From the human T2T-CHM13v2.0 reference genome, Homo sapiens, in NCBI RefSeq assembly GCF_009914755.1, contig NC_060946.1: 64,000 bases of DNA; one strand, given 5' to 3'. Positions 54,720 through 64,000 of this stretch are shown here, piece by piece (positions within the stretch are counted from its first letter, which is position 1; every line of letters starts with the position of its first letter). The translations under genes and the position numbers were made by a program. The notes below the pieces were generated by a model. The model was not told the origin of the DNA, searched no databases, and saw only the letters and a list, made by a program, of their open reading frames with translations.

Positions 54720-55031
54720 CCAAGGACTGACATCAAGGAAGTGGATTCCTGCAAACCTGGCACCCGAGGGTCCACTTCCTCAATTTCTGTGCAGCTGGGA
54801 GGTGAGGTAAGAGGAAGTGTGGGCCACAGGCTAGGCCCAGAGAGCCTGGAGGAGGAGCCTCTGCCAGACTGGAGAGAAGCAGGCCTGAGCCTCCCCAAAG
54901 GCAGCTCCTGGGGACTCCCAGGACCACAGGCTGAGACGAGACGCAGGGTGGCTGGAGGAAGTGAGAGGTGAACTCAGCCTGGGACTGGCTGGGCGAGACT
55001 CTCCACCTGCTCCCTGGGACCATCGCCCACC
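54720..55031 (+). promoter_or_regulatory. NCF4: NCF4 TATA-less promoter and 5' UTR with four PU.1/ETS GGAAGTG sites
   Basis: AAGGAAGTG 54735-54743, CACTTCCTC 54773-54781, AAGAGGAAGTG 54809-54819, GAGGAAGTG 54955-54963; immediately 5' of the Kozak ATG (GCCCACCATGG). Confidence 0.8.
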
Positions 55032-55063
55032 ATGGCTGTGGCCCAGCAGCTGCGGGCCGAGAG
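55032..55063 (+). CDS. NCF4: p40phox exon 1 coding part, MAVAQQLRAE(S), 32 nt
   Basis: Kozak ATG at 55032; donor AG|GTGAGT; matches the p40phox N-terminus. Confidence 0.96.
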
Positions 55064-58000
55064 GTGAGTGCCGGGGTGTGGCCGCCCCCGGGCCTTCTCA
55101 CTGCTCCTCATAGGCCTTAGGGACAAAGGCCAGTCCTTCTGCAGTCCCTGATCAACATGAGAGGCTGGGGTTGAGTCAGAACCCAAATACTCAGAAATGC
55201 AACCTCTCAGAACTGCTTTAACGAAACTTTGAGCTGTGGCTCACCACCCTCAGACACAAATGAGAACACTGAGGCTCCAAGAGTGGGAGTGACTTGCCCA
55301 CGGTCACACAACGAGTGACCGGCAGTGTCTGGAGAGGAATGCAGGTGTCCTGGGTCCCAGGCTGGGGCCCTTTGCTTCACATGGTGATCAGCAATGACTT
55401 TCCATCTTCTGCGCAAACAGAATTCACAGAATCTGGCTTGTTCTTCCGCTAATCAGGGCTTGCCTCAAATGTCACCTCCTCCAAGAAGCCTTCCTGACAG
55501 CCCCTACCTCATTGCTGTCTGACCCTTTGCCCTATTTCCCTTTTCTGCCTGGTTCTTATATTACAGGAATAATATTATATGCTCATTTATTATTTTTTCT
55601 TGAACGTTGGCTCCCCCATGAGAAGCAAGCTCCACGAGGCTGTGTCCGTTTTGATCGCTGCTGTATCACTAGAAGGTAGCTCATCCCTATTGAGCACCAG
55701 GACCAAGGGCTCAATAAATGTTGCTGAATGAATGAATAAATGAATGAATGAATGGGTGGATCTTTGAGACGGAAAAGGTCTTAGATTCTTCTAGTCCAAC
55801 CTTGCCATTGTACAGATTGGAAATCTGAGGCCCAGGGAGGATAAGAGACTTACTCAGGGTCACAGAGAGTGACTGGCAAGGTTGGGGCTTGGAGCACGGC
55901 CTCACCAGCATCTAGCCTCGTCGCTTGGGAAGCATTTTCAGAATTTTTCCTCAGTAGCCAGGTCTGAGCTCTAAGCTGCGGGGGCCCTGAGGACGCAAAG
56001 CCTGGCCCCTGCACCCCCTGGATTGGAACAGCAGGTGACCTCTGTTACCTACGTGGAGGCCACTCAGGGGGTCACCAGAGACAGGCCAGGCTGGTGTGTG
56101 CCTACGCGGGGAACAGAAGGCCCATGTTGGGGCCTGGGGCTGGAAGTAGAACCTGAAGCGTGGGTTGGGGCAAGGGCAGCAGAAGCAAATGCCTACAGGG
56201 GAGTCCACGTGGCCTTCCTGAGCCTCAGAGCGGGGTGCAGGAGCTGGGTAAGGCTGGCCGACCTGAATTCCTTCCTCCCCTCACATGCTCCTGGGGGACC
56301 CAGCCGCACGCAAACTCGAATCTTCCGGAAGCAGCAGCTGTTTGAGGCTTGGGCACTTCCTGCTTTCTGGGGTACAGGGTTCAGGGGATGACACGGAGAG
56401 CTGACCAGCAGGACTGTGCACTCCCTCCCCCACTCCCTGTCCCCTTTCAGCTGCCTTAGCCCTCAGAGGGGGAGGGACTGCTTTTCATGAGGCCTTGAGC
56501 CAGGTACTAGGGGCATGGGGGCTCCCTGTACCTCGAAGGTCTTATCTGAAAGCGAGCCTGGATTGTTCTGCTTAAGGTCAAAGCAGAGAGTACAAGGAGA
56601 GGGCGCAGGTTCGCGCAGCGGGGACTTTCTAGAACCCCAAGGTGAGACATCCAAAGATGGGAAGGGCTGCCTTAGGGGTGGCAAGTTCGGTTCCAACAGA
56701 CATGTTTTGAGCACCTACTATGTGCCAGGTGCCAGAAAACCTGCCCTGGCTGCCCTCCAAGGGTTCTTCCAACCTCGGCCTCCCCCAGGGCAGGCTCCAA
56801 AACTTCCCCCAGGCCAGGCTCCAAAGTCTGTGAACTGTGCGAGTGTGTCTTGAGCCAGAACATCCCGGCCCAGTAGGGCCTGGGTGAGGTCCCCAAGGGA
56901 GCGGATATTCCAGGGGACTTCCGGTTGGGTTTGCTGCTCTTCTTGCCCGCCCCACAGGCAGCCAGGCCATTCTCATGCTGCCCATCAAAAAACTCTATAA
57001 TTGCAGACGACGGTAGTGGCCGTGTATTGAGCAGTACTGAGCACCTACTGTATGCCGGGCTCTGTTCTGGGCACTGGGATGTAGGGTGAGCAGAGTCCTT
57101 GCCCTCATGGAGATTTTAGGGCTGTGTTTGTTACAGATGGGACTGCATGACCACCCGGAGACATAAGTACTTCTCCCGTCCCCATTTTACAGAGGAGGGA
57201 AGGAGCGGAGCACAGCTAGGAATCTTCCCAAGGGAGCTTGATCTTCTTGTCCCCAGTGCTGCGCCTATGCCTCGAGCATCTGCCAATGTCTGTCCTGCTT
57301 GACTCCTTCCTCAGCCCCCACCACCCCAGGGAAAACTCGAGGTCCCTCTGCGAGGCATCAAGGCACCTCGTGAGCGGGCCCTGCCTGTCTCTCCGACTGG
57401 TCTCTCATCACGTTCCACCTCCCGCTCTGTGCTCCAGCCATGCTCAGCAACCTGCGGTTCCCTGAACTGAGCAGCTGTGGCCTTTGCACTTGCCGCTCCC
57501 CCTGCCTGAAATGCCTTTTCTGCCGTCCTGCAACCAACTCCTCTTTGCTCTTCCCGGCTGATCACTGGTGCTGCTGCTTCTGGGAAGCCCTCCTTGACCA
57601 CCCTCAGCCCAAGGATGCCCTCTGACGGCGCATGAGCCTCCACAGTACAAGCTCCTGCTCCCAATCTCTCCTGTCTGCTGCATGATTGATTATTTGAGGG
57701 AATATAATAATGGCCAGGCTCCTGTTCTAGTTCAAAATGCCACGTGCTTTTCCTTCCCAGCACTATGCCCATTTGAATTATGTCATTATTTGTTTAGTGT
57801 CCAGTGTCCCCTTCCCTTCTCCTTGGAGCTGTGAGATCTGAGAAGCCCATATGTCTTAATGGGCTTAGAACAGTGTCTGGCCCACAGGCAGTGCCACATA
57901 CAGGTTCGCTAAAATTATAATTATTTTAGACGGAGACACAGGCTGAGAAGGGCTGGGAATTTTTTAAGTTCACACAGCAAGTTGCCGGGAGGCTCAGAGT

Positions 58001-59168
58001 GCAGGGCAGTATGGCAGTGTTTGGTGACAAATTTCTGGAGCCAGACTGCTACTGCTTGGGCTCAAATCCCAGCTTCCCGACTTACTCGGGCTAATTTTAC
58101 TGTGCCTCAGTCTCCCGATCTGTACAAAGGTGACACTGTCTTAGAAGAGCACCTGGCACCCTCAGGAAACAGGCAGCTGCCATTCTTATTACCCAACCTG
58201 CCTGCCGCCCTGCTCAGGGCCGTTTCTACCCTTTAGGTTCCTTCCTGTGTGCCCCCCACCCCCACCTTCCCACCTGATCGTACTGCAGAGGAAATTACCT
58301 AGGACAAGCACAGCCTCAGGGGAGAAAGTGGAGGAGGAAGCTTCTCCCAAGGGTATCACCACAGGGGCATGTGTGGAAAGTGAGTGGGGCTGGGAGGGGG
58401 GATTTCCACTACCTGCCCACTGCTATCCTGAGTCACCTCCATGTGGCAGCCCCCTGAATTCTGATGCAGCCTCAGATTCTAGGTCATGTGGGTCCGGCGT
58501 GGACTGGGACTACTGTGTGTAGACTCCGGAGGTCCCAGCCAGCTCTGGGGCCTTGGACTTGGCAGCCCTTGCAATCCCCCAACCACCGCCGCCCCCCCAC
58601 CCCCGCCACTGTTTCCCCTGTTTCCCAATTGCCGCACCAGAAGAATCATAGTTGCTTCTTGTTTCCTTGTCTGTCTCCAAGTGGCTGGACTCAGTGACCA
58701 CTCAGAGACTCCTGGCTGTGCCTTCTCCTGCTCCTTGGAAGTCTGTTTCTTCTTCCCCTATCTGTCCCTCTCAGACCCCTCCTCTGTTCCCTGATAGGTC
58801 TTCACTGAGTCAAGAGCGGGGGTCTTAGCCACAAGCCACAGGCAGAAGGTTATTCCTGCCTCACCACTTTTAGTCGAGACCTCGAGACCCCCATGCTGAG
58901 ATCCTGAGCTATAAAGCAGGCCTCTCAAATTAGCATGCCCCAAACTGAGTCCATCAACTCTGCCCCGTGTCCCCATCCTGGCCAGAAGTGTGGGTGTCAC
59001 TCTTGACAGTGCCTTTTCTTTCACCTCCACATCCAAACAGTGCCCAACCTCTCCTGATCATGACTTAGGAACAACAAGAAATTGGTAATGTGTCTGTTGG
59101 AAATGCATTAGGCTGCAGGGAATGGAGGAACTGACCATGGCTTAAACAAACAGGGGATTATTTGGTCA

Positions 59169-59498
<330 letters not shown>

Positions 59499-60000
59499 CT
59501 AGCACCCCAGAGATTCCTTTGGCCTTTCTCGTGTCTTGCCTCATGGAGACAACATAGCTGCTGTAGGTCTGGATGTCACACTTGCTTCAAGACTGCTTTC
59601 AAAGGGGGAGACCATGCTGAGCTTGTCCATCCCTTGGGATCAGGAAAGCAAGCACTCTGGGGAGGCTCCTACACCAGGCTTCCTCTTAGGTCTCATTGGC
59701 CAGAACTGGTCACATGGTTGCTCCTAGCTGCAAGGGAGGCAGGAAAACAGGAGCTGGATGGTGATGTTTGGCTCAGACCCGTCATGATCTATCACCTTGG
59801 GGCTAGGCACATGGCCACTCTGAACAAAACCAGTGCTTGGTTAGCCAGGAAGAAGCAGAGGATACAGTAAATGCTCACAGTGTCCACCAAGGTTGGTGGC
59901 CCTTGTGTCTATCTCCTCCTGTCCCTGCTGTCTGGCTCACATGCACACAATCTCTTAATCAGACCACTTCAGGACCTCCCAGTGGTGCTCTCTCCCCTAA

Positions 60001-60533
<533 letters not shown>

Positions 60534-60744
60534 TAGACCTGCTCACATGTCATCTCCTTTTTGAGGATTTCCCCAACCTGGGCACAATTAGGCAGTCTCT
60601 CTATGGGGGTCCCATAGCGCTCCATCCAGGGCACATGTTGACTTTGTTTACATCTGTGACCCAGGGCCTAGGACAGGGCCTGGTATGGAGATGTTTGATG
60701 CCTTATTCCCAGGTGAATCTGTGCAATTGACAGCAATGTGTTAG

Positions 60745-61170
<426 letters not shown>

Positions 61171-61250
61171 TGAACTTCCACCCAGCTGACCTCTGAACCT
61201 TGCCCTCTGACCTCTGAACCTCCAATTCTCTGATCTCTTAACTTCTATCT

Positions 61251-61450
61251 CAGTGGTTCTCAACAGGACCGATTTTGCCCATTTGACATTACCCTGGGAG
61301 ATTCTGATTATTGCATCTTGGGGCAGGTCTACTCCACATCTAGTGGGTAGAATCCAGGGTGCTGCTAAACACCCCACTGTGCACATGACAGCCCTGTCCC
61401 CAGTAAAGAACTGTCCGGCCCCAGCATAATACTAAGATTGAGAAATCCTG
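61251..61450 (+). mobile_element. MER20 hAT element in NCF4 intron 2
   Basis: cagtggttctcaac...catctagtgggtaga...gctgctaaaca...ttgagaaatcctg. Confidence 0.8.
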
Positions 61451-61923
61451 ATCGCGTCCTTTGACCTCAGAACCTCCACCTGGAGAGTCGGGGGTGAGGG
61501 ACTTTAGTGTTGCCCCCACAACACCCCTGTCATATTCAGACACAGATGGAGGGGGCATCCTGCGCCCACAGCACAGCCAGGGGCAGGTTCACTCTGCACC
61601 ATGACCTCCAAGGCATGGCTCCTCATTTCTTGGGCCTGAATGTGTGTTTGGCCTATTTCCAAGGGCTCTTGCCTCTAACACTAGGTCTCACTTCCTCTCT
61701 TTTTCCAGTTTTTTTTTTCTTTTCTTTTCTTTTTTTTTCGCAAAGCTCGTCTGCTTCTGGGGCGCCAGCCTTTTGACTTGACAGGGGTCTCCTTCTCCAG
61801 AGACCCTTCTGCATCCTTATCCTCATCATCTTCCTCCTCCTCCTCCTCCCCTTTTCCCTTCCACCTCTTTTTGGCTTGTGCTCCTGGCCCCTGAGCCCTC
61901 CCCACAACCTCTGTCCTCCTTAG

Positions 61924-62139
<216 letters not shown>

Positions 62140-64000
62140 TGACACTGTTCTGTGATTTGATCTCAACCCCAGTGAAAACTGTTCATGTAGTTTATAGCCC
62201 CCACTCCCGGCAGTTACAGGCTGCCAAGCCCTCCCTGCATGGCTCCCCCTGCCTCACGCCATGGCTTCCACCCCAAGCACTCTAGCCTCACAGCCCCGGA
62301 GCTCTGATGACCATCGTGGCCACTCGCTCCTGCTGTCCACTACCAGGAGGCCACAGTCTGGAGCACTTCAGCACCTGGCCTCCCTTCCTCAGAGACAGGA
62401 ATCCCCCAGTCTGGTCCCTAAACACACTGACTCACCTCCCTGCCCACCCTCAGCTTCCTCCCACGAGACCAGCCCTCTGACTTCATGGTCTTGGCTTCCA
62501 GCGTCCCTGTGGCTCTCCTTCTTCTCCTGTCCCGCCAGGAAGCTGGGTGGCCTCAAGCCTCTGCTTGCAAACAGTCTCCCCGCCCCCTGGCCTCCTGGTC
62601 CTTCCTCCCCAGCTGGATCCTAACGCGCACCTTGGACAGCGCCAAGCCCTTAGCTGCTCAGCACCTGCCCCGCAGGAGGAAACCCCATCACGAATGGGTT
62701 ACACGGGGGTGGTCTCAGCGGCGCCCTTCGTGCCCTGCAAGTTAGAGACAGGGACAATTGTCTCCCTTCCCCAAGCCTCAGGGACCCTTCCCCAAGCTCC
62801 AACCCCATCTCCAGTTTGTTTTTTCTGTCTCTGTTTCTGTCTCTCTCTGTCTCAGCATATGACCCCGCTCCTTCTCATCCAGCCCCACCAAGGAACTTGA
62901 AGCTCCCCCTAGGAGTCTTGCCTACTCTAAGCCAGCCTCCCCTCTCAGGCTCCATCATTTTCCCTCCTCTCTCTTTTGGGGCTCTCTCCTGACAATCTAC
63001 CCCTCCTTTTCCTTGTATATTCATCTTCCTCTTGATATACCAACTCCCTCTGCTAAGCGTCTCCACAGCCTCAACCCTCTTCTGTCTTTAAACAATCCTG
63101 AGCCATGAAACAGCATTCTTACAAGCCTCCCTGAGCCTCCGTGCCCCCAGGGCCCCCAAAGTTCTCTTTCTTCTTCCTTTGGCATCAAATTCACGCACTG
63201 TCTCACCTTGGCATGGCCATCCTCTCCTTAACTCCTCAGCTTGGTTTAGCTCTGACTACTCCACTGAAATTCCTCTCGGTGAGGTGGGCCATGACCCATC
63301 AATTCTGGCTTCCATGGCCAGTGCCAAGCCTCATCTTCACACCCCCACTCCTTCCTCTGTTAAGCTTTCTCCAACCTCCTGAGGCACCAGTGTCTCCCAA
63401 TCCCCTTCCTAGCTTACTAGAGACTCCTTCAGCTTCTCTGTTACAGAATCAACCTTCTCTGCTGCTCCTTGGAAGGTGGGGATCCTCTGAGCAGACATCC
63501 TCTCTCCCCTGCCTTGTCTTCTCATTCCAAACACTCACCCTGGCAAACTGACCCATGTCTGGGACTTAATTGTCACGTTTTTGCTCCTAACTCCCAATGT
63601 CTAGCTCTAGCCCAGACCCTCCTACCGCCGCCGCCATCACCTCTGTCCATCTCCTGGACACCAGGAGCCAGGCAGGTTTCAGACTTGCTTCCTCGTAGGG
63701 GTTCTCTTGGTGAATGGTTCCACCAGTGCGCCCACATGAAGGCACCTGGAGGGGACATTTGTCTCTTGGTAGCCCGTCATATTTCCTTTTCCTCCAGAAC
63801 ATCTGCCTTGAGCTTGAGGAATTGTTCATTCATCCACTTAACAAATGCTCATTCATCTGGGCATGATTCTAGACCCATGGTTCTTAACTTTGGTGGTATG
63901 TGGACGTGCCTTGAGAGATGGAAAGAATCCTGGTTCCTGAGTCCTGCCCCCGGAGATTCTGATTTAATTGCTCTGGGGCAAGTGCTACACAGTGAGATAT

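Noticed and set aside
56778-56826. 24-bp tandem duplication in NCF4 intron 1
   Set aside because: Two imperfect copies; an ordinary slippage product.

Overview
Repeat-rich, GC-rich primate genomic DNA that I recognise as the human 22q12.3 PVALB-NCF4 interval. Left end, minus strand: PVALB (alpha-parvalbumin), with a non-coding exon 1, a TATA promoter at about 13.4 kb and three coding exons (10855-10795, 9085-8953, 7615-7506). Its last exon lies outside the window. Right end, plus strand: the NCF4 (p40phox) promoter and coding exons 1-3 (PX domain N-terminal part). The roughly 41 kb between them holds Alu, MIR, L1, L2, MaLR/ERVL LTRs, a 3'-truncated Tigger1 and microsatellites. Three things stand out beyond routine annotation. 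(1) A chain of non-repeat minus-strand segments with canonical splice sites and mostly matching phase-1 junctions (about 20.6-53.6 kb) looks like a decayed multi-exon protein-coding gene (candidate unitary pseudogene) lying head-to-head with NCF4. (2) There are several locally templated insertion, duplication or fold-back scars, including a 53-bp exact copy with target-site duplication that brackets PVALB exon 4. (3) A convergent CTCF motif pair sits in a small CpG-rich patch at 50.4 kb. All alignments, translations and repeat-family calls were made by eye; repeat boundaries and subfamilies are approximate.
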